NCBI GenBank assembly: GCA_051313645.2
Contig: JBNRSN020000029.1
Coordinates: 20,150,001-20,214,000, forward strand
Origin: Centroscyllium fabricii
Lineage: Eukaryota
DNA: 64,000 nucleotides
Direction of reading: 5' to 3'
Each line of letters starts with the position of its first letter. Positions within the stretch are counted from its first letter, which is position 1. Below, in pieces: positions 37,633-48,152 of this stretch. A program made the position numbers and the translations under genes. A model generated the notes under the pieces. It made no database searches. It was not told the DNA's origin and was given only the letters and a program-made list of their open reading frames with translations.

Positions 37633-37989
37633 ATTATCTCCATTGTAATTCAATAAATGTGTTACAGATGCCTTTCATTAAAAGTAATATTACCACGAAT
37701 GGACGGGCTCATTTTAAATTGTGGTCATAGTGTAAAGCGGACAATATCAGGTCAGTGGCCTGTTGTAAACCTCACCCAAATTAAAAGGGAATACGGGCGA
37801 GGCGTAAAATGGGCATTTGGTCCAATATTGGTCATTTTATTATTTGCTGAAGAGTTAAAAATTACCCCAATAAACATAATATGAAAAATTTCCCTCAAAA
37901 CGATTAAATAAACAAAACTTTACAAATATCATTAATTAAATGTAATAATAAAATATCATTCAATAAATTGTGGTGGTGAAATTTCAACA

Positions 37990-38380
37990 ATGCTGAATCG
38001 GCCGCCCGCTGCACACCATGTCGGAGCCTGGAGGAGTCCGTGTTCCATGTAGCTATCGAATGTGAAAGGTTGCGGCGCCTCTTCCATTTGTTGAACGGGC
38101 TGGTCCTGGATTTTTGGCTGCAATTCATATCCACTTCCTGCTCTTTAGGACCCGGTGCGGAGGGGAGTGGGCAGACCGGGGGATCTCCTCGTAGGCCTGC
38201 CCCTAGGCCTGCCCAAACTTGCCATCAACTTGACCAGGCAGGGGGGAGTCGAAGGGGTCGTTCTGCCCGACTGCATTCCTTTCTTCTGCGGTCACGTTCG
38301 CTCCCGGTTGGCCCTAGAGATGCAGCATGCGGCTTCCGCCGGCACGCTCGAGGCCTTCCACGACCAGTGGGCAGGGACTT
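37990..38380 (+). mobile_element. Tx1/L1-clade ORF2 C-terminal fragment
   Basis: C..C.SLEESVFHVAIECERLRRLF..LVLDFWL and DLLVGLPLGLPKLAIN..GTLEAFHDQWA. Confidence 0.72.
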
Positions 38381-38384
38381 AGAT

Positions 38385-39425
38385 ATATAGAAAAATAGAA
38401 GCTAGGAGCAGGAGTCAGCCATTCGGACCCTCGTGCCTGCTCCGCCATTTAACAAGATCATGCTTGATTATCCAAATTCAGACCCTGTCCCTGCTTTCTC
38501 CCCATATCCCTTGATCCCTTCATCTTGAAGAAATGTATATCACTCATTCTTGAATATATTTAATGAATTGGCCTCAACTGCCTTCTCTGGCAGAGAATTC
38601 CACAGGTTCACCACTCTCTGCGTGAAGAAACTCCTTCTCCTCTCGGTCCTAAATGACTTACCACTTATCGTTAGACTGTGATCTCTGGTTCTGGACTCCC
38701 CCGCCATCGGGAACATCATTCCTGCATCACGGCTCTCTAGTACTGTTCGGAATTTATAAGTTTCAATGAGATCCCTTCTTATTCTTCTGAACTCCAGCGA
38801 TTTAAAAGCACAGCCGACCGAATCTCTCCTCATTCGTCATTTCTGCCATCCCACGTATCAGTCTGTTGAATCTTCGCTGCACTCCCTCCATAGCAAGAAC
38901 ATCCTTCCTCAGATAAGCCGAACAAAACTGCACACAGTACTCAAGGTATGGTCTCACCAAGTCCCTGCACAACTGCAGCAAGAGACCGTTGCTCCTCCAC
39001 TCGAATCCTTTCGCTATGCAGGCCAACATATCATTTGCTTTCTTAACCGCCTGCTGCACCTGCATGCTTACATTCACCGACTGCCGCACAAGGACACCCA
39101 GGTCTCGCTGTACTTCCTCTTCTCCCAATCTATTGCCGTTCAGATAATAATATGCCTTTCTGTTTTTGACAACAAATTGGATAACCTAGCATTTGTCCAC
39201 ATTATTCTGATGTGCCATGCGTCAGCCACTTGACACAACCTGTCCAAATCATACTGGGGTTTCTCGGCATTATCCTCTGAGTACAAACACCAACCCTGCT
39301 TTGGGTCACCTGCAAACCTGGAGACATTACATCGAGTCCCCTTTCTAGATTGTTATTATATAGTGTAAATAGCTGGTGTCTTAGCACCGATTGCTCTGGA
39401 ACCACACTTGTCACTGCCTGCTACT
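38385..39425 (-). mobile_element. CR1/HER1 LINE 3' part
   Basis: QRDLGVLV, LVRPYLEYCVQF, FFTQRVVNLWNSLP and 3' tail. Confidence 0.9.
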
Positions 39426-39469
39426 GTGTGTGCATCTTCACACCCGGTAACCACATTTTAAATTAAGAT

Positions 39470-40500
39470 AATAGCAAAATGCTGCGGATGCTGGAAATCT
39501 GAAATAACAACAGAAAATGCTGGAAAAACTCAGCAGGCTAGGCCGCATCCGTGGAGAGAGAAATTGAATTTACGTTTCGGTTCTGGACCCTACATACGAA
39601 CTGGAATAAGTTGGAAATGTAACAGCTATTAAGCAGGTGCAGAGACAGTTGGACGGGCGGTTTGGAGGGGTGGAAGGATTGAATAAACATGCTGTGAAAA
39701 TGTAGCAAATAGGAATGGCAAAATCATACAGCATGAAAAATGATAGCAGGGATTATTTTCTGAAATTATTGTACTCGATTTTGAGCCCGGACGGCTGTAA
39801 AGTGCCTAATCGAAAAATGAGGTGCTTTTTCTCGATTTGACTTTGAATTTCATTCTACCAGTGTAAGAAGCCGTGGATAGAGAGATTAGAGTGGTAGTGA
39901 AGCGGAGAATTAAAGTGACAAGCGATTGGAAGCACACGGCACCCTTACGGACTGATCGGAGGTGTTCCGCAAAGCGAGCACCCAGTCTGGGTTTCCTCTC
40001 CCCAATATAGAGGAGGCCGCACCGTGAGCAGCAAATACAATATATTAGATTGGAAGAAGTACAAGTAATTCGCTGTTTCACCTGGAAGCGGTGATTGGGG
40101 CCCTGGAGAGTGGGAAAGGTGGACGTGAAAGGTCATGCATTGCATCTCTTGCGCTTGCAAGTAATGGTGCCAGGTGAAGGAAAAGGGCTGTTAGGGGTGA
40201 TTGAGAAGTGGACCAGGATGTCACGGAGGGATCGGTCCTTCTGGAATGCTGAAAGGAGTGGTGAGTGGAAGCTATGTTTGGTGGTGGCATCACGTTGGAT
40301 GTGGCAAAAATGGCAGAGGATGATCCATTTAATGTGGACGGTAATGGGGTGAAATTGGAGGAAAAGGGGAATGGTACCGTGTTTCTGGGATACAGTGCAA
40401 GGGGTGAGTGCAGAAGAGCTGGAATGGAACGGACATGGTCAGGGGACATGTGAAACAAAGTGGTGGGGAATCTTCGGTTGAGGAAAAAGGAAGAAATAAG
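39470..40500 (-). mobile_element. Penelope-like element 3' part
   Basis: TCTSSNLIYCICCSRCGLLYIGE..RLGARFAEHLRSV (GIY-YIG). Typical terminus cctgctgagtttttccagcatt. Confidence 0.85.
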
Positions 40501-41332
40501 GGAAATCGTGTTTGACCAATTTATTAGAGTTTTTGGGGTACTTATCTAGCAGGGTAGTTAAAGGGGTACCAGGGGATGTACTCTATTTGCATTTCCAAAA
40601 GGCAGTCGATAAGCTGCTACATAAAAGGCTTTTAAGCAAGATATGGCGGCATGGAGTTGATAGTACGGTTTTAGCCGGGAAATGATCGTTTAACAGACAG
40701 AAAACAGAGTCTAGGGATAAACAGGTCATTTTCTTTTTTGCAAGCTGTCAATAATGTAGTGCCGCAAGGATCAGTGGTTGGGCCTCAGCTATATGCAATC
40801 TATATTGATGAGTTAGCCGAAGGGAACGGGTGCAATGCATTCATGTTTGCTGACGATGCAAAGCTAGGTGAATAAGTAAGTTGTTAGGTGGACGCAACGA
40901 ACCTGCAAAGGGATATAGCCTGGAAAAGGAGTGGGAAATAAGGTGCCAGATGAAGCAGTGTTGGGAAATGTAAGCTTTTTCACTTTGGTAGGGACAATAG
41001 GAAAACAGAATTAGTTCAATGGTGAGAAACTATAACATGATATTTTTTAGAGAGATTTGGTTGTCCTGTTAGAAGAAACACAGCTAGCATTCATGATATA
41101 AAACAAACAATTAAAAAAGCAAAAGGCATGTTGGCCTTTAAAGCGTGATGGTTGTAGTGCAAGTTTGATGCAATCTTGATGGCATTGTCCAGGGCTCTGG
41201 TGAGACCAAACCTGGAGTACTGTGCACAGTTTTGATCTCGTTATTTAAGGAAGGAAATACTTGTCTTCGAGGCGCTGCCAGCAACGCGGACTACATTGAT
41301 CTCTGGGATTATAGGGTTGACATCTGAGGAGA

Positions 41333-41730
41333 GGCACGGTGGTAAGTGGTTAGCTCCGTTGCTTCACATCACTGAGAGATCCGGGTTCAAATCCAGCCTC
41401 GGGTGACTATCTGTGTGGAGTTTGCATATTTCCGCTGTGTCTGCGTGGGTTTCCTCCGGGTGCTCCTCTTTCCTCCCACATTTCAAAGATATGCGGATTA
41501 GGTTGATTGGCCATGATAAATTGACCCTTCGTGTTAGGGGGATTGAATATGTGGTGTTACGGGGATAGTGTGGGATATGTGTATGTGCAAGTTCGATAGG
41601 GATCGAGGGATATGGGGACAAGGCGGGGACAGGGTGCTGGGTTTGGATGATCAGCCATGATCTCATTGAATGGCGTAGAAGCCGCGAGGGGCCGAATGGC
41701 CGACTCCTGCTCTTATCTTCTATCTTTCTA
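41333..41730 (+). mobile_element. HE1-type V-SINE
   Basis: ggcacggtggtaagtggttagc head, V-domain, CR1-type tail. Confidence 0.88.
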
Positions 41731-42095
41731 TGAGAGATTCAGCAGATTGGGTCTAGAGTTTCTGGCACTTAGAAGCATGTGTCTTGTTCTCATTGAAATA
41801 TATAAGATTTTTATGGGGGAATTTTACTGGCTAAATGCTGAGAGTGTGTTTCCCCTGGGTGGACATTCTATGCTAGGCGGCATAGTCTCAAGAAAAGGGG
41901 CCGGCCTTGTAAAACTGACGTGAGGGGCAATATTTTCACTCAGAGGTTTGTGAATCTTTGGCATTTTCTCGTTAAAGTGCTGTGCATGCTCAGTCGTTGA
42001 TTATACTCAAGGATGAGATAGATTTTTTTTGGACTCAAGAGGAATTAAGGGATATGGTGATAGGGCAGGAAAGTGGGATTGTGGTCGAAGATCAG

Positions 42096-42490
42096 AGAAA
42101 CATAGAAACATAGAAACTAGTAGCAGGAGTAGGCCATTCGGCCCTTCGAGCCTGCTCCGCCATTCAATGAGATCATGGCTGATCATCCAAACCGAGCACC
42201 CCGCCCCTGCCCTCTCCCCATATCCCTCGATCCCTATCGAGCCTCAATCGACACATATCCCACCTTATCCCCGTAACCCCACATATTCAAACCCCCTAAC
42301 ACTAAGTGTCAATTTATCATGGCCAATCAACCTAACCCGCACATCTTTGGACTGTGGGAGGAAACCAGAGCACCCGGATGAAACCCACGCAGACACGGGG
42401 AGAATGTGAAAACTCTACACAAATAGTACCCGAGGCTGGATTTGAACCCGGGTCTCCAGTGCTGTGAGTCAACAGTGCTAACCACTGCGC
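42096..42490 (-). mobile_element. HE1-type V-SINE
   Basis: Closely similar to 9011-9397, with (AGAAACAT)n tail. Confidence 0.9.
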
Positions 42491-42564
42491 CATGATCTTA
42501 CTAATTGCGGAGCAGGCTCGAAGGGCCACATTGCCTACTCATGTTCCTAATTCTTATGTTGCTG

Positions 42565-43050
42565 AATTGTGGCCTTTACCTTAACGGGGCTAGAATAGAA
42601 AAGGGGGCAAGTGTCATTACAGTTATTTAAGCATCTTGTTAGCCCCCAATTAGAGAACTGCGTTCAGTTCTGAGCACCCAATCTGAGGAAGTACATATTG
42701 GCTTTCGACTGGGTGCAGCGGAGATTCACCAGCATGTTGCCACGCCTAAAATGTTTAAATTATGGGGAGAGTTTTCACATACTAGGCTTGTTTTTCATTC
42801 AGTTTAAGGGATTATGGGTGACTGATCTGAAGCATTTAAGATAAATTAAGTAGTTGAAAGGGTTGAAAGGAAGAACATAGGAAGAACCTATTTTCTCTGA
42901 CGGGGCATAAGCTTACAATTAGAGCTCCACCGTTCAGGGGTGATTTTCGGAAACACTTCTTCCCACAAACGGTGGAAGAAATCGGGATCTCTCTCCTCCA
43001 AAAAGCTGTTGAATTAATGTGAATTGAAATTCCAAGACTGAGAATGATAA
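42565..43050 (+). mobile_element. Old CR1 3' fragment
   Basis: gggtgcagcggagattcaccagcatg and cacttcttcccacaaacggtgg. Confidence 0.65.
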
Positions 43051-43654
43051 ACCGTGTCCCGCTTCAAATTCCGGATCGACAGCCGGCATAAAGTTTCATT
43101 TTCACCATCCAATTCCCTATCTTTGACGGCCATAAGCTCCCACATCCATTCCAAACGGCTTGAGAATTGAGATCCTTATCCACATTCATCTTTCTCACAC
43201 TCGTATAATCTCACGCCAGATCCTGTCTCCTTCCCCTTCTCCCTGTTGATGTTGAAATCCATCATCTCAGCATATCCGTGGAACTGCTCAACTTTATAAA
43301 ACTAACTGTATAACTTTCTGTGTGTATCTGTGAACGCACTTCGATCTCAAGTGCAACACGGAGCCTCCTTATATCTATATTATGTAGAGTATATCTTTAA
43401 AAAGAAAGCAAATGAGGTGTCGAAAATTTAGATGCTGCTAATCCGCCAGTAATGTGCGCATTTATTTCATTAACTGTCTTCCCTGCTCCAATATACGAAT
43501 AGCCTTATCTTCAAGCGTCTGTACCATTAATGTGGTAGAGCAGATGTCAAAATGTTTGATTGCTAAATGTTTTCCTCAGTGAAATTTTGTTGCAAAATAT
43601 CCCACTCTGATCAGTAGCAGTAAATATTGCTCGGCTGAACCCGTTTGTTCAAAT

Positions 43655-43860
43655 AACTGTAACTAATGGCAATCATTTTGCAATGCTCATGTTTTACTCG
43701 AGGTTTCCCTCAGTTATAAATACGTCCTTATTTGGAAAGTAGAACATCTGTATCTCCAAAGAACTAACAGACAGCATCGCCTCTTTCTGAAAATGGGACA
43801 GCCGGTCATCATAGAGATAGAAAACATTTACTCCACTACTCCTGCAATAGTTGGCATCTC
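43655..43860 (+). pseudogene. Orphan promoter and exon 1 of a GPR139/142-like GPCR (splice donor deleted)
   Basis: TATAAATA at about 43715. ATG at 43793 gives MGQPVIIEIENIYSTTPAIVGI, colinear with 58160-58364. No GT donor and no matching exon 2 seen. Confidence 0.82.
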
Positions 43861-44599
43861 GTCTGTTAATATTCATTTTTAACAGTGTCTCATTGCGTCA
43901 CTCTTCCTGCGGTCGCTGTATTGATAGGATTTATTTGCTTTAATGTGATCGATTTGCAGACACTGAGCACCAGAAATAAATAAAAGTTAGAAAACCCCAA
44001 ATTTCCTACATATTCTAAATGTAATAACCTGACGGGCAGCACCGTTTCTTCTGAAATATTAAATGAAACAATTCATGTGGGATTGCGTCTACTTTGTAGA
44101 GATTGTTTTAATTTTCAGAAGCGAAATGCAGCGGGTTATGGAAACCTCAGCAGGCGAGGGAAGACACGTGGAAAGAAAAATACAATTACAGTTTCAGGTC
44201 GATGACCAGGTCTGATGAAAATTAATTGACATAAAACTTTAACTATGATTTTCTTGCCAGATATCTTGTCTGAGCTGCTGAACATTTACAGCAGTTTCTA
44301 TCTTTATATGTAATTTTCAATTCGACTCAAATACTTGCATCGCACGTGTGTTCTCATTGGTTAATACTGTTGAAAAGTTTAATACATCCATGAAAGTATT
44401 GTTGTATCGCCAAAATAGGCCTGTGAACTAAAGGCCTGACTCTTCAACAGTCTTTAAATACACTTACATAAGCCATAGGGCTTTGATATAACTGATTGAT
44501 TCCCCTTTCTAGCATATATATTTATATATATAGAAAGTGGCCACATAGCAGAACGAGCAAAGGATGATGGGACCCCTGACACAAATAGTTACCCAGTTT

Positions 44600-45182
44600 T
44601 GTGGGAACAGCAATTGCAAACACATCTTGGAATGTTGTGAATATCAACAGTTCTAATGCAGCTGGTTTCCAGGGAAGCTAATCCATTACTTCTTTAGGTT
44701 AGTGTCTTCTTATCTCTCGCTGGACTGTTCACTCCAACTTCGAAAGCTTGCATGTTTATCGTGAGCTTTCCCACAGAAAAACATTAAGCGTTTCGCATCA
44801 GATAAGGTTGGTTCACCCTAATCTGTATGAGCAACATGTATCGCTTATGAGATAAGATAAAGACCAGAGTCCCAAAACACGCAGTGTTCTGTTTTATGTC
44901 ACCCCACACGTCAGGGCGGCTCCTGACTTTGACTGACTGAACTGTCTAACCAATAGTTGAGTGACACTGTTCGTATAGATACGCCCACATTTGTAACCTA
45001 TGTGCGATGCCTGTTGAAAGCTATATCAAGGTTACCTTGGTTATTTCTCTCGTGAGTGCAGACCTACAGCTTGTTGTGGTCACTCTCTCCTGTACACAGA
45101 TTCGTATCTTATATCTAATAAAATGTATAGTTTATATTTAATTCGGTTTCCGCCTAGTGTTTCTCCGTATCCAGATCCTACA
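44600..45182 (+). mobile_element. Probable solo LTR
   Basis: TGTGGGA...TCCTACA ends, imperfect 4-bp flanks gttt/gttg, TATA-like motif at about 45022, AATAAA at about 45117. Confidence 0.55.
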
Positions 45183-45439
45183 GTTGGAATGTTCATCCTT
45201 TTATCCGAATCTTACAGTATGTTTCCCAGTAACTTTCTGAGAATATGCCCGCAGCAGCGATTGGTTATCACGTTTGCTATATATACGTAAACCAGGGGCG
45301 TATTTGCTGCTTTGATTTGGTGAAAGGAGGGATCTCTAAAAGCGGCAAATACACAGAAAGTTTACACTCACAGGTCAACTCTGCCGGCTACGAGTGTGAT
45401 ACAGAGCGATATTGGATGCTGCATTATATTCAGGCCGGC

Positions 45440-46000
45440 TAATGGCTCGAAGGGCCGAATGGCCTGCTCTTGCTCCTAGTTTCTATGTTTCTATGTTATC
45501 ATGGAAGGATATACTTGCCTCAGAGTGAGCGCAACAAATGCTTTCTAGATAGATTCTTGAGATCACGGGATTGGCCAATAGGAGAGATTCCGGTGTCCAA
45601 AACTATATTCCCTAGCGTTTAGAAGAATGAGAGGTGGTCTCATTGAACCATAAATATCTTTATGGGCATGGCGCTGTGGAAGCTGCGAGAATGATTCCCC
45701 TGGCTGGGGAGTCTGGAACTAGGGTCCACAGTCTCAGAATAAGGGGACAACCATTTAGAACTGAGCTGAGGATACATTTATTCACAGAAAGAGTTGTGAA
45801 TCGTTGGAATTCAGTACCCAGGTGGGCTGTGGATGCTCAGTCGTTGAGCATATTCAAGACAGAGATCAATAGATTTCTGGATATAAGGGATTAGCGGATA
45901 GTGAGATAGAATATCAGCCATGATCTTGATGAATGGCGGAGCAGGCTGGAGAGGCCGAATGGCCTACTCCTGCACTCATTCCTCATGTTCATATGCTTTC
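45440..46000 (+). mobile_element. CR1/HE1 3' fragments
   Basis: aagggccgaatggcct..tttctatgtttctatg tail, then HSLRIRGQPFRTELR..FTERVVNRWNS. Confidence 0.8.
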
Positions 46001-46066
46001 CTTAAAAAGTAATATCTAAAGAGTACCATACATTTACTGAAGTATTTCTGATTCTCTGTCCTGCAG

Positions 46067-47300
46067 GAATTGAAAAGATTGAGAGTAAAGTGAGTATCCA
46101 ATCCAAACCCAGAGGGTCTAAAACTGTGATCACAGTTTGTATCCTGCAGTGAGTGACTGAATCAATGTCCTTCAAAAGGGGACCTGGAGAAAGGTGAGGA
46201 AGGTGAAGGTGCAGAGAGAGGTGAAACTGAAGAGATCCTGGTGTCTGCACGTCTGAAATACAAAATGTTTCGAGGCCCGTTACTCTATGCAGTGTGGAAG
46301 GAAATGAAACAGATGATCTCTCCAGCTAAGAAACTCCACAGCTTTGTGACCACTTTCAGTAGTGTCCTGCTCTCCCCCTTCTCCTGCAGGTGCTGCCTGT
46401 TGCCAGTACAGATTAGTGGGCCAGCACCCTCTCGGGGCTCACTCAAGGGCCCATTCTTTATGTTGTACCTTAGAATGAGCGATTAAACATGAGGGCATCA
46501 GAATATTTTATTTCACATCCGGAAACTGGCACTTTCCAGTACGACTCACTGGACATTGATTGGACTGGGTGCTTGAAATATCTAGTCACTATATACTGGA
46601 ACCGGGGAATATATCTAACTGTATACTGTATCCAGTCTTTTCGTTATAATGCGAAATAAATTACGGACTGCGTGTTGAACCCTGTTATACAGATATTCGA
46701 TATTAACCCTTGTCCTTCCAGCTTCCTCTGTGTGAAGTGTTTGACATGATGTAATTTGTATTTCTCAGAGTTCCAGCCTCACTGATCCTGGACAAAGACA
46801 CAACGCATCGTAGAATCATCCTGTCTGAGGACGGGACCATTATTACTCAGTGAGAGAGGATTACTAATTCGTAATAACCCGCAAAGATTCAATTCCACTG
46901 GCTGTGTACTGGTGTCACAGGGATTCATATCACGGAAACACTACTAGAAGGTAATAGTCGGGGACAAGACTCAGTGGAGTGTGGGTGCTATCAGAGAGTC
47001 AGGTAATTGGAAGAGACAGATGACGCTGGTGCCTGAGCTTGGACACTGGGCTATGTGTCTGTGAATTAGGAATACATATAGAGCCGGTGATCGCCAATGT
47101 GTCCCCCTGTCCCGATGTTAACCCCATGGCCATTGGAGAGTAGCTGGATTATGAGGGAGGACTCGTGACCTTTAACAATGCCAATGATATGTCTGATCTT
47201 TACTCTTTGACTGACACATTCACTGAAAAATATTTTCCTTAAGTTCAGCCTCGATTATGTGATAAGGGCAAAATAATACTCCTCTCAAAGTGCGTCATTT
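46067..47300 (+). pseudogene. TRIM (RFP/TRIM39-like) pseudogene, 3' exons including B30.2/PRY-SPRY
   Basis: 23-nt exon 46067-46089 (ELKRLRVK, AG/GTGAGT). Exon about 46150-46325 ending FRGPLLYAVWKEMKQMISP with donor mutated to CTAAG. Last exon from 46771: [78 protein letters not shown]. Stops present; RING and B-box exons not found. Confidence 0.9.
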
Positions 47301-48152
47301 CGAATTGTTGGTTCCTAACCTGAAGTGTCAGAGTACAGAGAGAATGTGCCCTCTGCTGTGCGAATATTGCACATCTCAAACATTGGGCCAGAATTTCGGC
47401 TGCCTCGCACCAGATGCCCGCGGACGAAATGCACATGGATCCGAGATGCCCACGGATCCGAGATGCCCACGGATCCGAGATTTCCTATGCTGAGGGAGAA
47501 GGGCCCTCAGCATCAAACGCAGGCATATAGTTGCACCCAAGATTTCCGGTTGAAAAGGGTCAATTTTTTCCGTGATTCTGTGGGCAACGTTGCCTTCAGA
47601 TGCCCTCCAAAAAAGCTCCAGTAACTCGTGCATGAAGGAGAGCTGCTGCTTGTGGAGAACGGTGAAAGGACTGTTTCAGCGTGAAAAGTTAAGTTCTAGC
47701 AAATTTATTTCAGTTTTGATGTTTGAATGATGTTTAGTAAAAGTTGTGAGTGATTTTGAACGTTTTAGAAAAAAATTCAAACTCGCGTTTTGAAGTGTTT
47801 TTTTGCCGGGTTTTTTCAACCAAATTGTTTGGTTGAAAAGTCATTCATCCTAATTAAAAAATTAAGGACCTGCTAACCCCCCCACTGCTAAAAGTATTTT
47901 TGGGGGGATTTCAGTGTCAGATAACTGAGAAATGCCTTTTTCATTTTAGAAAAGCAAGTACACTTACCTAACTATGGCACTGAAAAAGTGCTTGCAGTTC
48001 TCTGCAGCACTTTCTGCACTTTCATCAGGGGGCATGTGCATATAGATTAGCCCTCAGAGGGCGGGGCTTGCTATTTCTCCACGCAACAGGCAAGCTGAAA
48101 CGTTGCCCACCAAAAGTGGCTGGGCAGAAACAATGCCCATGAAGAAGGTAAT

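Larger units (their letters stand above)
40505..42560 (+). mobile_element. Decayed CR1 LINE (RT to 3' end) with two nested HE1 SINEs
   Basis: Remnants of VPQGSV, FADDAKLG and LEYCAQF. 3' end at 42491-42560. Confidence 0.8.
31398..43327 (-). pseudogene. Divergent MHC class I-like heavy-chain pseudogene: putative alpha1 (about 43054-43327), alpha2 (33098-33372), alpha3 (32605-32871), putative TM/cytoplasmic exon (31398-31506)
   Basis: alpha3 C1-set: HCIVIAFYPQSISVTWFKNGE..FPNEDGTYQL..YTCHIEHSNLP, with AG acceptor and donor mutated to ATAAG. alpha2: GNRYMQ*LFGCEL..TYDGRYTFSFDKD..KWD..LLEQDCVDLWRTY, with AG/GTAAGT borders, stops and frameshifts. alpha1 and TM are weaker calls resting on phase-1 acceptors, exon size and partial motifs. 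Confidence 0.85.

Noticed and set aside
37880-37975. Inverted Tx1 3' end suggesting twin priming
   Set aside because: AT-rich sequence too degenerate to assign, and no TSD found.
44627-45193. 10-bp direct repeat ttggaatgtt as a TSD
   Set aside because: Better explained as lying in and next to a solo LTR with TG..CA ends at 44600 and 45182; the boundaries remain uncertain.
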